Positions 1 to 13,712 are shown, counted from the stretch's first letter. The stretch is DNA of 64,000 bases from Takakia lepidozioides (GCA_030704615.1 CM060733.1:22382001-22446000), one strand, 5' to 3'. The notes: a model not told the origin generated them from the letters alone. Translations and numbers: made by a program.

Positions 1-1723
1 ATGTAAGGGTGACACAATCATAGTGACATGAATTAGCTCCCATTTGGTCACAAGTCACGCACCTCGTCTTTTCCATTGCCCTCACATTACTAGTAGGCTA
101 TCCATGTTGTTTGGAAACCAATTGCATTCTAAAATATTTGATAATGAATCCGGGATAAGAGGGGATATGGAGGATTTGACAAGGGGTCCGGGAACCGACG
201 CTGTTTGACTAGAAACAGATGATCTGAAGCAAAAGAAATATCATACACTCAGTGACTATGGTAGGACTGCATCTGCCCTCTAATCAATATCCCCAGGGAC
301 ATATGCATCCTCTCACATCCTCTCTACAATCTCCCTGGTTTGAAGTCAAGCCACCTCCATTCCATTTCTCAAAATCTTATCTCCTACATCAGTCTTGCTT
401 GAGAGCTCCTAAGTCCAAGCAACAACAACTATTCCTAAGTGAAAAAGAAGCCACTATTCCTAAGTCTGAGAGAAGAGCCATGCATCTACGAACTTAACTA
501 TCTTATACTCCAGGTGAAGCGGTGGGATTGCCTGCCCAAAATGGCACCTCACCATCTCTGTCAGCAGCTACCCTAACTCCTCTTGTCGTCTGAATGCCAC
601 GTTGTAAAAACAAAGATCTATGCATGTCAGATCATGTCATCGCTCTGCCACTCTACCTTTCAGATATTCATTGATTCAAGCGTTCAGTGAGTCATGATGG
701 TTCTGCTTCAGTCCATGGCAGTAACCCTGTCGCTTGCCAACTAACTACCCTATCCCACCATCTCTGCTAATCTACCCTAAGATCTGATATGATCTTATAA
801 CAAGAAGACAATCATCATCTGAAAGCTTCTTGCTCTGTACATTTCACTCTTTGCCTCCTTATTTACAGATAACCTGAGTCACCATCCACAAGCCCTCATT
901 CGCTCTGGCAGATGCTCGTTATGTCGAGCTGCTCCTCATCCTAACTCTCCATTGACTGTGCCAGCAACCCCACCTCCCTGTTCTCTGGCAGCTGGCCGTT
1001 TTCCTTGCAAGCTCACCCTCCCATGATCATGTTCATCAAGGCAATGGCGATCATTACCAAGAAGATGGCGGCACCGCTTCCCCTGTTGCACAGATTACCA
1101 AGTTGTGCCCTTATCCTCTACATTAAAACTTCCCCCAGCGTAGATGCAATCGCCCTTGACACAATGCCCTGCCAATTCCACTGTTCGCAGCATCTGCTCA
1201 GAGCCCCCGTCATCTTCCCCTTCGTCTTCCTCGTCCCGCGTTTCTAGGGTAACCGCCAGTGATGAAAGTCATCCATTTTCACGAACGGAAAACGTGCTAG
1301 GTTTCATTAACAGAGTTAATCACAAATTCATTGCATCCTTGGCACTGGATCCTTCGTCCTCGTTCCTGGGAGTCATCCAGTAAGCATGGATGTAATCCAT
1401 TCATCCTCCGGATGAAAATACGCATGGTCACGACTTAGCCACTTTCATCCTGGCAAAGTATCAGCATAATGTGCCCATGAAATAACATGTAGGCAGGGAT
1501 GAATTCCGCCCATAGCATGTATGAAATAAATTGAGCATTTTCATCCTGGCCAAGAGTTCCCCATCGTTCCCATGATGTAACCTAGAAACATGTATGGAAT
1601 AAATTGCAGGGACAACTCAACCTATTTTCACATTGGTACCAGGGCCCTTCTTTTGTAGAAATGCAGAATCTCAGTGAGTAAAAACAAAAATTTCAATGTC
1701 ACCCCCCCTGCATTCACACTACA
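1..1723 (-). mobile_element. LTR family L1 (partial; runs off the window start), inserted into a copia element
   Basis: Terminus ...TGCATTCACACTACA at 1723 matches the termini at 15975 and 48436. Long stretches (e.g. 530-900) are near-identical to the reverse complement of 49270-49630. Confidence 0.8.
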
Positions 1724-2755
1724 TCATTTCAATACTCCCCCTTAATCTATCCATAATCTAGACTTTGTCAATCTGATAGTAAGTGTTCTGAAAGCTAAGC
1801 ACTCCAAATGCCTCACTGCAATACTCATGCTTGGGCTTCGGAAGAGCCTTAGTTAAAGCATTAGCTAGCATCTCATTAGTGCTACAATAAACTAGTTCTA
1901 TCTGACTAGTTTCTACTTTTTCTCTTATAAAGTGATATCTGAGTTCTATATGCTTTGACCGATCATAAAACCTAGGATTCTTTGTCAAAGCTATACACGA
2001 CTGATTATCACAACATAAGACTGTAGCTTTTGAGCTTGGGAATCCAAGTCCACTATTTAACTGCCTAAGTCATATTGCCTCCTTAGTTGCATGTGCAGCA
2101 GCCATATACTCTGCCTCGGTACTCGAGAGAGCTATAGTAGCTTGTTTCTTGCTTTGCCACGATATCGCTCCTCCATTCATGCAAAATATATAACTTGTGA
2201 CAGAACGACGATTGTCTACATCTGCTGCCCAGTCAGCGTCACACCATCCTTGAATAGTGTTTGTTGGTGAAGTCTCAACTTGAATCCCATATCTAAGTCC
2301 AAAAGTTATAGTAGCTTGAAGATACCTGAAAAGCCGCTTTACAGCAAGCCAATGTTGTTTTCCAGGATTTGCCATAAATTGTGAAACCTGACTTACAGGG
2401 AAAGCAAGGTCGGGTCGTGTACACACCATAATGTACATAAGGCTACCCACAACACTTGAATAAGGAATATCTACCATCTCATCTTGCTCAGATTTACTTT
2501 CAGGAGTCATTTCCTTGGAAAGCTTACTTCCTGGTTCCATTGGTGTAGAGATAGCTTTACATAATTCCATATTGAACTTCTTAAGTGTATCTCATATATA
2601 CTTTTCTTGAGATAAATGAATTATTCTTTCATTCTCTCTCTAGATACTTGTATGCCGAGACAATACTCAATAGGACCATTATCTGTCATCTCAAACTCAC
2701 TTGACAACTCCAATTTTGTTGCTTTTAAAAACTTCAAATCATTTCCAGCGATGAT
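1724..2755 (-). pseudogene. Ty1/copia pol remnant (RT C-terminus + RNase H) with PPT
   Basis: Copia motifs YSSVVGSLMY, TRPDLAF, DADWA, SWQSKKQ, SSTEAEY and KHIELRYHFIRE. Contains stops. PPT-like AAGGGGGAG on the minus strand at ~1734-1743. Cut at 2756 by another LTR. Confidence 0.92.
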
Positions 2756-3786
2756 TGTCGAACGGCTTTTACTCACCCATCCCTTCGTTATCCGAGGTGG
2801 AAACTCCAAGATAGAAGAGTTGGATATCTCTAAGCACTCAGCCCGCTCAGAACAATAAGTCATGACCTACAGCTAGTGTATCATGGTTGTGCTTCCTGTT
2901 TGTATTTCTTCTTACCTTCATGTTAGCAATTTACCTACTGTGGACACTTAAGCATCAGATTGCTTTAGTATCTATCAAGTTCCATTCACGCATCCATTCA
3001 TTCCACAGCTTCATTCAAGTCTCTCTACATAGTGTGATTGTATCAAATAAGTATCAGATTAAGATTTATCATGTATCAGGCTGTAGCCATGGCGTCTCTA
3101 ATCTTCTTTACAGTATCACTACAGCTTGCATGTAACAACATCAACAGATCGTCTCTCCTCCTTCACCATGTTCTCCCTTCCTGCTCCAGACATCCTCACC
3201 CCCGATCTCCTCTCCTGATGACCAAGAAGTGATCTCCGTGAAAAAGTCCCCTTCATGTCGCTGCTTTGCTTGATTTATCTGCAAGCTGTTCTAACCGCTT
3301 AACTAACTAACTGTCATCTCAAGACAGGATGCACGTTCCCTCTGTAGATGTCATTCCCACACAGACGTTCCCTGCAATGGTAACCGTTCCTTATGTACAC
3401 TATGACGGGCTGTGCCATGCTGTGTCGGCGGTGACTATGCCGAGCTATGATTGGCTATGTCGGCTGTGACTGGCTGTGTAAAGCTGTGTCGGGCTGTGTC
3501 AAACTGTGTTAAGTTGTGTCAGCCCGTGACTGACTGTGTGAGCCTGTCTACCACCCCTAAGGCCTGTGTCGGTCTAAGTCTACCATCCGCAAGTCTGCGC
3601 AAAAATTAAGGGTACCCCACAGAACCTATAAAAGTGTCTAGTCCCAGACAGCCCTCTAACATTACCCCTCCCCCTCTCAAAAAGCCATATCCTCACGGTT
3701 TACTGTTTAGGATCAGCAAACCTTTGTGAGCAAGCACCCTTCTGTCGGTGAGAGTCCTTTGGAGGGCTCTGTGTGCGAGCCCGACC
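2756..3786 (-). mobile_element. LTR family L2, copy 1
   Basis: Begins TGTCGAACGG at the copia breakpoint. Inverted homolog at 10369-11497. Contains GCTGTGT/ACAGCC microrepeats. Orientation inferred from the adjacent ORFs. Confidence 0.65.
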
Positions 3787-6222
3787 CTGTCACTGGCTGA
3801 TGGAGACAATTGAACACCAAATGGAAATGTCTGACCCTCCTGTGGTTGATAACGAGGTAACCTCTCAGGCATAGGAGATCCCCGTCGTTTCTTCTCTGCC
3901 ATCTGTAGTGCATAGTCCTCCGCCATATTAAAAGGTTCCTCCGTAGAACCAGTAGTATCAGAATCATCTTCCCCCCTGAGGTGTTTCAGTGGCCGAACCT
4001 TAAGTGGCTTCTCAGGAATCCTGCGTGACATACAGTGTTGGCCCACCATGTCTGGAAGCTTAAACTGTACCACTTGCATCAATCGCTTGCAAGCAAAATG
4101 AGTATATTCCCTGAATTCTTTGGCCGTATAGGTTAGAGGTGTGCCAATGACTTTGAACAGTGTAAGTATTTTCAGGCTTCATGTCCCTTATAAAAAATAT
4201 CGTCAGGGCCCAGTTTTTTTTTGGTCAAGTTGGTCCAAGCTAAATTAAACCATGAACGAAGTTGGAATCCTTCTGCAACATGACTTTCACATCATACAGA
4301 TACATATGAGGTGGAACTGAAGGTAAGACCCAATGATCCCTAGTGGAATAACTCAGAAATCGTGACTGCATCTTCTGCTGCTCAATGTGATAACGTGCAA
4401 TGAAACAAACAGCATAGTATAATCCACAGCCCATGACAATACTAGATACCTCCTTGGTCTTGGTGTAGATGTACCCATGAACAACCTGGAAGGCAATTAA
4501 TTCCTTCAGCATGTGCCTGCCTCAGACCAATACCTTGCAAAGTGATGATCCTCAATGGGTCGATTGTTCGGAAGAACCTTAGTCCTAGTTGCCACTGACA
4601 ACCAAATGCGCATGATTTGATAATAATGTGCCAGAGACTGTGGAGGACTGAATTCCTTCCAAGCCAAATCCATCACAATGGGAATTTGATTGAAGGGCAT
4701 AATCATAGCCCAATTGTACTCAAGTGCAGCAGAAGTCCTAGGTGGGTTAAAAGCAACATCCCCCCAAACCTCAGATTGTGGCATTGCCAAGGTATCAACA
4801 GTGTCAGCCACCTGCACAGCCACTTGCGGTGGGGGCTGTGATATTGCCGCCACTGTCCCTCCTATTGTTGGCAACTCCTGCACCTCATGTGATGAAGACT
4901 GAAAAATCAGAGTCCTTGCATGCAAGTAAGTGGCCACCAGCTGCTCCTCAGGAACAAAGACTCTTTTGTCAATGTTGGAACTCAAGTCATCCACTTGAGT
5001 CTGCAGCCCTTCCACATCATCCTGTAACTCCGCTATCCTTCTATAGACATTGTCTATAGTTGTTGTGGCAATGTTCTGCACCTGCAATATGAGATCATTC
5101 ATCTCCCCCGGGTGAGCTTTCTTGGTGCCTTTCCTTCCACCGGCCCTTGTGTTAACCATACTTGCATAAGATGATTATCCACCAAGTCCTGCGTAGCACC
5201 CCTGAGAGCATGCTCCTCCTTGAGTCTATACATATCTAACTGATGCTGTAAAGCCTCCATACGCTTCGCATGAGGTTCAACCAGGGCGGCATAGGCAGCA
5301 GTCAGATTATTGGCTTCTTTCCAAGCCTTGTTAGCCACAGAGAGTTCATTCTTTTGGCCCGTGAGTGTTTGCTGCAACTTCAAGATGTACCTTTCCTTCT
5401 CAGCCTCAACCTGACTATATTGTTGGAAAGTATCCTCATTGCGACGGATAATAGCCTTCAAATCAGCAATGAGTTTCCCTTGCTCTACTGTCTCAGCCTC
5501 TGCCATCATACACCTCTCTGCTTGTCTGTTAACTTCTAATGCACTTTGCTCCAGAGCAGTTGTTAGTGTGGCACATTTGATGGTCATTTTCTGATGAACC
5601 GCCTCCAACTCTGTATGGAGCACCTTCACTTCCTGTAATTTGCCCTCATTCTTCACCTGCAACTGGTATAGCTGTTGCTTATGTGCTTCATGCAACTTCT
5701 CCTGCTCCAGACCCGCTTCAATCAGGTTCCCCTTTGCTAGCTGCAGGGCAACCTTCATGTCCTCTAACTCTTTCTGCAACCTTGAGGTTGGCCTCCACAT
5801 CCACCTTGTTTGCACACTCAGTGGCAATTCTAGGCTCAAATTCCTGCTTGAGTTCCTCCCTCAAAGCTGCCAATTGTGTGGATGGAACATGGGATTTCAC
5901 GTAAGTGCCCGACAAATTGAGTGTCCTGCTTATGGAACTCATAAGCATGGTCTGCTATGGGTCTTCATGGGAAACATGCTGATGGTCCCCCTTGAGTCTC
6001 CACAGTGTGATGTTTCACCAACCATTCAGGCCATGATCCCACAAGATCTTCTTCCTGAACGACCTCATTCTCCACAGGTGCTGCACTGCCCTTACCTTCT
6101 ACCCCTGGAACCTCCTCCACTGGTTCGGGCATCACATGCACAACAGGGATTTCTTTGGTCAAACTCTGCATCTTTGGCACCACTGGTTCCCTGACCAAGC
6201 CATAGTTTTCATAGAGAAGGTC
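3787..6222 (-). pseudogene. Accessory 3'-region ORFs of an LTR retroelement (coiled-coil and unknown ORFs)
   Basis: Consecutive minus-strand ORFs 5099-5839 (heptad/coiled-coil rich), 4506-5159, 4240-4512 and 3693-4082, leading into LTR L2. No enzymatic motifs. Confidence 0.45.
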
Positions 6223-6950
6223 TGTCGCGGCCCTTTGCCTTGAGGGCAGGCGGTCGGGACATAAGAGGGGCTGCCTCTGTGGTGGGGGCAGTGGCAGCGA
6301 TAGGTATGGGGGGGCTGAAGCACCCTTGATTGCCCAAAGCACTCAAGGAGGCGGAGGCGCTCACTAGGTGGAGCTCCGCACACCGGGTTTGCGGTGGGGG
6401 TGGCTCCACAAGGGGTGGTGGTAGCTTAGCGGGACTTAGTGGGGGTGGCATAGGACTCACCCTGGGGCGGAGACCTCGTGGTGGGAGTCGTGGGGAGTCT
6501 TGGGACTCATCACGGTCCATAGGGGCCGTGGTGGGTGGGCCAAGACTCACCGCGACTCATCACCGGGAGTCGAGGGTGTTCGTGGTGGTTCGCCATAAAA
6601 TGGCATGGTTGTTTGTGAAACCCCCGCGGACAGCTACAGAAGTATATATAGGGAGTATTAACCCCGAGAACGGTGCAAGCCCATTGGTGACCAAAAACTA
6701 GTGAGTAAGCGAACGAGCCGGAAAGCGACCAAAGAGTGGGGAGCTGTTCCGGACTGCCAACTACCAAAGGGAATTCCGCTGGCTCCAAATCGTTGGAGGG
6801 TTCTTTGGGAGATCAAAGGGGGGATCGTTATGCCCCGGTGAGCAGCCGAAGCTCCAAGTTGGCCCGGCGGCCAGGTTGGGAGTTCGGCGCGCGCATCAAG
6901 CGAGTAACTATGACTTGAGGGGGGAGCTTACCGAAGTGAGGTGCATGACA
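6223..6950 (+). mobile_element. LTR family L3 (chromovirus-type), 5' LTR
   Basis: TG...CA termini, followed by PBS and gag. Inverted near-identical copy at 46384-47099. Confidence 0.9.
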
Positions 6951-6952
6951 CT

Positions 6953-6964
6953 TGGTATCAGAGC
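6953..6964 (+). promoter_or_regulatory. Primer-binding site (tRNA-iMet)
   Basis: TGGTATCAGAGC, 2 nt after the LTR end. Confidence 0.9.
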
Positions 6965-7005
6965 TTAGAGTTCAGTACGCGATCGTCCTTGGGATTGGCC
7001 TCATC

Positions 7006-7611
7006 ATGGGGTCGGGCAAGCCAAAGCGAAAGCGGAACGGCCCAAAAGATGATGATCCTGGTGAGCCCGATGGGGGCGACGTGTCACCGAGGCGGCTGTT
7101 TGAGGAAGCGATGCATGTTTCCGAAAACGAGGCCGCTCAAGAGCGGGAGGAATCTGAGGAGTCAGAGCCTAAGGAATCCATGAGAGCTCTGACCGACCAA
7201 CAGATGCCTCCCATGCCGGCAACCTTTTGGGAAGGGTTGTTGGCGCAATTTGGCGGGACGTTGAAAGACGGGTTGAAGGCGGCTAATGCCACTTCCACTA
7301 AGGCAAAGTTTAAGGTGAAGCCTAAGGAACCCGGCACCTTCGAGGGCGTCCGAAATCGGAAGGCACTCAACACCTGGCTCTTGGAGCTAGAGCAGTACTT
7401 CCGGGCGGCCAAGTTGAGTGACGAGGATCGGGTGGAAGTGGCTCCCACCTATTTGAGGGGCTATGCTCAACAATGGTGGAAAAAACGCCTTCACGACCGA
7501 GGTCCAAGCCCGGAAACCTTGAACTGGAGCGGGTTCAAGGAATTGATGAAGAGGCAGTTTGTGCTCCTCAACGCGTCCTGGCTCGCCCGGGACAAGATGA
7601 GGAATTTGAAG
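7006..7611 (+). pseudogene. gag: Ty3/gypsy gag, 3'-truncated
   Basis: Retrotransposon gag pattern EPGTFEG...WLLELEQYF...YLRGYAQQWW...WSGFKELMKRQF. The ORF reads into unrelated sequence after ~7611. Confidence 0.85.
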
Positions 7612-8361
7612 AGCCCTGCTCCTCAATTGCAGTGGTTGCTGTCTCAAACACTCCCATCTCCTTGCGTTCACGCGCATCAAGCGAACAAGAATCCAGGATA
7701 ATTTGCGCAATTATTGGGCCAGACACAATAATCGGAGACTTAGCAGCAGTGCCCTGTAACTGCTTCATCTCTTCTACCAGACCATTGTACATCAATTCTG
7801 CCCAAGCCACATCCTCTCCCCTCAAGGCTTTCAGTATCTCCTCCATGAATGATATGCTAAGGTACTGTTGGTTCTGTTTCATGGCAAACAGAACATTCAG
7901 TATTTGGCCAACTTCCCTTAACCTTGGGTACTCGGCCTTGGTACAAGTGTATCCTTGAGTCTTAAAGAAACTCGCTTCTTGGAACAAATTCCCTATTTGC
8001 AATCTTGCCCTGTGTTCATCCACATTCACATGCCCAGATGTTCAAACAGTTGCTGCAGGTACTGGGGAGTAATCTCTAAATCTACTCCCCTCACCTGTGT
8101 AACTCCTGTCCGGGGCTCAAAGTTCTGAATGAATTGGATCATGTACTTTCGATGATGCAAGGACCATTCCTTGCGTAGTAGCCCTTCCAATCGCAACTCC
8201 TTCAGCAGCTGCACTACCTGTGGTGTAGCAATTGTTTGCTTCTGCAAAATCGTGGTGCTCTTCACCCTGATATCCTCCATTCCCCGAATTCTCTTCATCC
8301 CAGACAAACAAGAAGGCCTTGTTTGGAATAGCTGTAGGAAAGCTTGCAGGGTGTAAAGCAT
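7612..8361 (-). pseudogene. N-terminal part of a retroelement accessory ORF (plant-transposon-protein-like), interrupted by the L3 insertion
   Basis: Overlapping ORFs 8026-8361 and 7568-8029 (FIQNF...VRGVDLEIT; VAWAELMYNGL...GPIIAQI). Co-oriented with the 3787-6222 ORFs. Confidence 0.4.
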
Positions 8362-9049
8362 AAAGGTATGGTTGGCACAGAAAGGAACGAGTAAGTGCGT
8401 ATAAGCCTATGGGGCTTGCAGATAGTTGGTGAGAGAGAATGTCCTTTCAACCCGTCCGTCCTTGCACCACTGCGTGAGAAGTAGAGCTAGTGTATAGTCT
8501 GTAATATCCGCCATAGCTACAAAGCTATAGCTTTGATTGCCCCTCCCGTCAAGACGCTGGTTATTCGGAGCCACCCGACTCTTCTGCTCATAACACTTCT
8601 AATTTCTTGTTCTTGTTTCTTGGAGGGAACCACCTGCATGAAATTCTAGTTTCTGATTGGCTATTGCCTCCTTGGGTAACTTCTGAATTTTACCCCCCTC
8701 TGCTCACATTTCCACCTGGAATGCCTACTAGGACAACACATGTGGCAAAGGTTCACCTTTACTGTACACGTAAAGGGTACCTTTTCCCTGGATGCATCAA
8801 TGGGCCCACAATTAATTTCGGCTGCTGTACCGGGTAGGTACTTCGACGGCCCAGTTTGTCTTTTTGCATGATAACACCCGCTTTTGCAGTACAAGCAAAA
8901 CGGAGTGCTTTGTCCCTTAGGCCACGTGTTCGAATTCAAACACTCTTCCGTCGCCCTCTGTCCGCATGGCTTCTTCTCCGAGTTTGACTCCCAAGCAGAC
9001 CTTACACTTGCACGAGATACAAATTACCACAAAGAAATCTAGTAGATTA

Positions 9050-10368
9050 CCTGCTACGAGAAGACCTCGAGGGGTCAGAGAGTATGACTGGAGAGGAGGA
9101 CTGGATGAGGAGCAGGAAGCTACCCTGTTTGCTGCACACCCAGAGTGGGAGCAGGTTGCAGAGATGCGGCTGGAAGGCCTAAGTTGTTTAAGAGGTATCT
9201 ACTGTGGTGTAGTGTCAGCAACACTTGAAGAGGAAACCAGCAGTTACCCATCACATTTCTATGAAGAAAGAGAAGGAGAAATGGAAATCCTAGAGGAACC
9301 AGCCACTGTGAGTTTACAGGATGAAGTGGTGATTGGTTGGACAATCACAGCTGATGAGCAGGTGAGAGAAGTGAATGTGGGAATTGAAGAGGAACCAAAG
9401 ATGGTGAAGGTAGGAGCTGATTTGGAGCCAGAATTCTTTGAGGAAGCTAAGAGTTTGTTCATCAAATACAGAGATGTATTTGCTTGGAGCTACGAGGATC
9501 TAAAAGGGATACCACCTGAGATCTGTCAGCATAAGATTGAATTGGAACCAGGGTCAGTACCAATCAAACAGGCAAGGTACAGAATGAATCCCAACTATGC
9601 ACAGAAGGTTGGAGAAGAGATCAAGAAGTTGGCTGAGGCTAAGTTTATATACCCAATAGAGTATACAACTTGGTTGTCACCCATTGTGATAGTTCCCAAG
9701 AAGAATGGTAAACTAAGAGTTTGTGTGAACTACAAGAAGCTGAATGCTTGTACGAAGAAAGATCCTTTCCCTTTGCCATTCACAAAAGCAGTATTGGACA
9801 CTGTGGCAGGCCATGAGATGTACTCATTCATGGATGGCTTCATTGGTTATAATCAAGTGCAAGTGGCAGAAGAAGACCAAGGAAAGACAGCTTTCATCAC
9901 AGACTGGGGTGCTTATGCATACAAAGTCATGCCCTTTGGACTTTGTAATGCACCAGCAACCTTTCAGAGAGTGATAAGTGAATCTTTTCATGAGTATCTG
10001 GATGATTTCATACAGGTGTTCTTGGATGATTTCAGTGTGTACAGCTCTAAGAATGAGCACTTGCATAAATTGGAGTTATATCTGGCCAGATGCAGGATGA
10101 GAGGTCTGGGCCTGAATCCAGAGAAATGTACTTTCTGTGTGAACTCAGGCATGCTTCTGGGACACATTGTGTATAAAAGGGGACTTCTTGTGGATCCCAG
10201 GAAGACAGAGGCCATTAAAGCCTCTCCACCACCGGCAAATGTTAAGAGTCTAAGGAGATTCCTTGGGCAAACCAGTTATTACAGAAGATTTGTCAAAAAG
10301 TATGCACAAATAGCAGCACCATTAAGCAAGCTTCTGAAGAAAGATGCAGTGTTTGCATGGACAGCTGA
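9050..10368 (+). pseudogene. pol: Ty3/gypsy pol fragment: reverse transcriptase and connection region
   Basis: Motifs DVFAWS, WLSPIVIVPKKNGKLRVCV, MDGFIGYNQV, MPFGLCNAPATFQR, VFLDD and FLGQTSYYRRFV. Truncated before RNase H. Confidence 0.93.
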
Positions 10369-11497
10369 GCACACGGAGTCCTTCACGAGACTCTAACCGT
10401 CAGAAGGGTGCTCGCTCACAAAGGGTTACAAATCCCAAACAGTAAACCGTGAGGACACGACTTTTGAGAGGGGAAGGGGTAATGTTAGAGGACTGTCTGG
10501 GACTTAGGCACTTTTATGGGATCTGTGGGGTACCCTTAATTTTTGCACAGACTGAGACCAACAGGAGCCTTAGGGGTGACAGCAGCACACTTAGGGGGGG
10601 GGGGGGGGGGTTACACAGCCCGTCACAGTCCGACACAGCCCGTCACAGCCGACACAGCTCGTCACAGTCCAACACAACCCGTCACAGTCCATCACAGCCC
10701 GTCACAGTCCGACACAGCCGTCACAGCCAGTCACAGCTCGACACAGTCTGACACAGCCGACACAGCCGACACAGCCAGTCACAGCTCGACACAGCCGACA
10801 CAGCCCAACACAGTCGCACAGCCAGTCACAGCTTGACACAGCTGTCACGACCATATGGAACGGATAGGAGGACAGGGAACGACTGTGGGGAACAACATCT
10901 GCGAATGGAACATGTTAATTCACGGATGACGGTTAGTGAGGGAAACGGTTAGAACAACGGGTAGGAAGATAAAGCCAGGAGCAAGGACTGGAAAAGGATC
11001 ACTTCTTGGGGGCCAGACTTCGGACATCACTGGGGGGGAAATGAGGCAGAGAGCGCATCTCTGAGCGGAAGGAGGGAGAGCACAGAGTAGGAGGAGGACG
11101 ATCTGTTGATGCTTGATGAATGCAAGCAGTAGAGTTGTAATGTAGAGCAGATTAGAGACTCCATGGCTTCAGCCTGATACTTGATAGATATTAATCTGAT
11201 ACATACTTCATACTCACACTGTGTAGAGAGATCTGAGTGAAGCTGTGGAATGAATGGATGAGTTGATGGAATCCGATAGATTGCTGAAGCAAACTGATAC
11301 TTAATTACCAACAGTAAGGTAACTAGCTAACATGAATGCGGGAAGGAAAACAAATAGGAAACACCCCCATGATACACTAGCTGTAGGTCATGACTGATTG
11401 TTCTGAGCGGGCTGAGTGCTTAGAGATTTCCAACTCTTCTATCTTGGAGTTTCCGCCTCGGATAGCGAAGGGATGGGTGAGTAAAAGCCGCTCGACA
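10369..11497 (+). mobile_element. LTR family L2, copy 2
   Basis: Ends ...GCCGCTCGACA at 11497. Inverted homolog of 2756-3786. Has an expanded (GT)CACAGCC/CGACACAG microrepeat at ~10612-10848. Confidence 0.7.
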
Positions 11498-13359
11498 AGG
11501 GTCAAGACATTTCCTGCTGACGTAGTGCTTGCATACCTTACTCTGCCCTCATCCCCTCTGTGGTAGGCTGTTCTGGTGACTGCAGGCTCATTATAATTTA
11601 TGGTGTACAAAAGGAAGTGAGCAAAATCCTTTCCTGGCCCATAGCGTACACGAATCATTTCAGCTTCGGTGTCAACTACCGCGCCAAACTTTTTGAGAAA
11701 GTCCAAGCCCAGAAGCATGTGATACGTATCCGTGTTTACCACCATAAAGGACAAGCGATTGGTCAGCTCTCCTACTTTGACCTTGATGTCCTCAAGTCTG
11801 CCCATTACAGTCTCAAGAGCACCTGAGGCTACTCTGTAATTTACATCCTTATCAGTAACAACAGATCCCATCAGACCAAGATCCCTGACTGTACTCGCGG
11901 ATATTACAGAAAGCATGGCACCGGTGTCAATTTGGCCTAATACTTGGTAATCTCCCATTGTAATCATTACATGAAGCGCTTTAACCTTACCAGTATAAGC
12001 ATACAAGATCGTGGGCTCAGCGTGTGCTGAGTACAAAGGCCTTGGAACATCCCTCACAATTCCTATACTGTGAGTTGTCTCCTTTTGTTGTACCATTGCC
12101 CTTTCCACCACTTTGACCAGCCCCTTTAATTTGTCTAACTCTCCGGGCACAGTCATGATTAGGTCCATGGGAGACAAGGATATTCTCCCCTTGTAGAAGT
12201 GGTTCAGGATTCTGGATTTAGTACCTCCTTCTATGGCAGCTTTGAAATTGTTCTTTGGGTAGATCTCACTCTTGGTCTTGCTTGGCTGTTCACTGCTCTC
12301 ACCATTCCTCTCTGGTGACTCTGTAGGTTCAACATTAGGACTCTGGACAGGGATGCGCGTCCTTGGAAGTCCGACTTCATTGATACTGTTTTGTGACATC
12401 CGATCTGTCATTTCTGCGAGTACATCATCCTCATCATCATAGAACACATCTACAAAGTTAGTTCCAGGAGTTCCCATCATAGTCTGGTCGAGTTTTCTAC
12501 TGCACTCACTCTCTGTATGCCCTAGTACCTTGCAAAAGTTGCATCTCACACCACACATTTCCGTGGAATGCCCAAACCGGTGACATTTGTCACACTTAGC
12601 TTGGGTTCTTCCTTCAGGACAATATGTAGCTATGTGACCTTCTTTATGACAAACGTTACAAAGGCGAACACGAGGAGGTGTTCTAGATCCCGAGCTTTCT
12701 CCTATGACTGGTCCCCTATCAAAGTACTTATGTAGGGTAGTGTTTAGCTGATCAAGTCTTCTGTCCACAGGGTTGACAAACACAACTGACTCATCTGTAT
12801 CATCTCCTTCCAATGGCTCTAGAGGTATTTCCCCCAACTTTCCCAGGCCCCTCTCAATCTCAATGGCTGTCTCAAGTGCTTCCTCTACATCAGAGAAGCG
12901 CCTGCCCAGCATTACTCTTGCTATTTCAGGTCTCAAACCTGCTGCAAATCTACGCCTCTGTTCCAAATCAGACGCCCCACTTCTTATAAACAACCGGTTC
13001 AACCTATCAAAGTATGTCTGAACCCTTTGTCTATTTTCCTGTTTGATGGTATCCATCCTCAGCCTGATTTCTGCCAAGTCAATGACACCAAACTTGGCTG
13101 ATATGGCTGCCCTGAAATCTTCCCAGTTGTCTAGTCTAGGGTTTTGTTTACGGTACCATTTATCAGCCTTGGCTCTCAGGTTGAGCCTTGCTACCTTGAA
13201 GGTTTTATCCTCATTTAAGTCTCTGACATCTGCCTCCATCTGAATCCTTTCCAGCCAGTCATTCACATCTTCACTATTCCTACCATGATAAGGCACATCT
13301 ATGCTAGTTGGACTGGTCATTCTTCTACTCTCTAGTCTGAGTTCAAACTGGTTTAACAC
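11498..13359 (-). CDS. gag: Ty3/gypsy gag-protease (three CCHC zinc knuckles, aspartic protease), truncated by L2
   Basis: Gag core DWLERI...ADKWY. Knuckles CNVCHKEGHIATYC, CDKCHRFGHSTEMC and CNFCKVLGHTESEC. Protease motifs IDTGA and MLLGLDFL. Confidence 0.9.
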
Positions 13360-13391
13360 CTAATTCTGATTCTAATTTTCCTGAAACACCC

Positions 13392-13712
13392 TTAATGCTG
13401 ACCTCTATACCACTCCCACTGTCCATTTCGCAACATCTCTACTCTACCTCCCCATGTCACTTCTCGTGCCATGGTATTTATCTTCTCCCACCTTCCTAAC
13501 TCTCTTATCCAAAGTACTATGGTTGTTCTTCCACCAGCATGTATCACTCTAAGACATAAATCACCATCAGCTATTCTCCAAGCAGGGTTGAAGAAGTACA
13601 AACAAGGGTCTGTGTAGGCATTTGGTGAGCGTCGGCTGAAGCAAATCAGCACATCTCCAATGCTTGGTTCATCAGGAATCAGTGTATGGTCTCTGCCTGC
13701 CATCAAAACCAT
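13392..13712 (-). CDS. Short ORF between PBS and gag, unknown function
   Basis: ~105-codon open frame rich in W/G/R that fills almost the whole PBS-gag leader. Confidence 0.35.
   Translation of the reverse strand: MVLMAGRDHTLIPDEPSIGDVLICFSRRSPNAYTDPCLYFFNPAWRIADGDLCLRVIHAGGRTTIVLWIRELGRWEKINTMAREVTWGGRVEMLRNGQWEWYRGQH

Noticed and set aside
11377-11497. C-terminal tails of ORFs 11377-13359, 8966-10396, 6952-7701 and the N-terminus of 2621-2863
   Set aside because: They cross insertion junctions into LTR or unrelated sequence.
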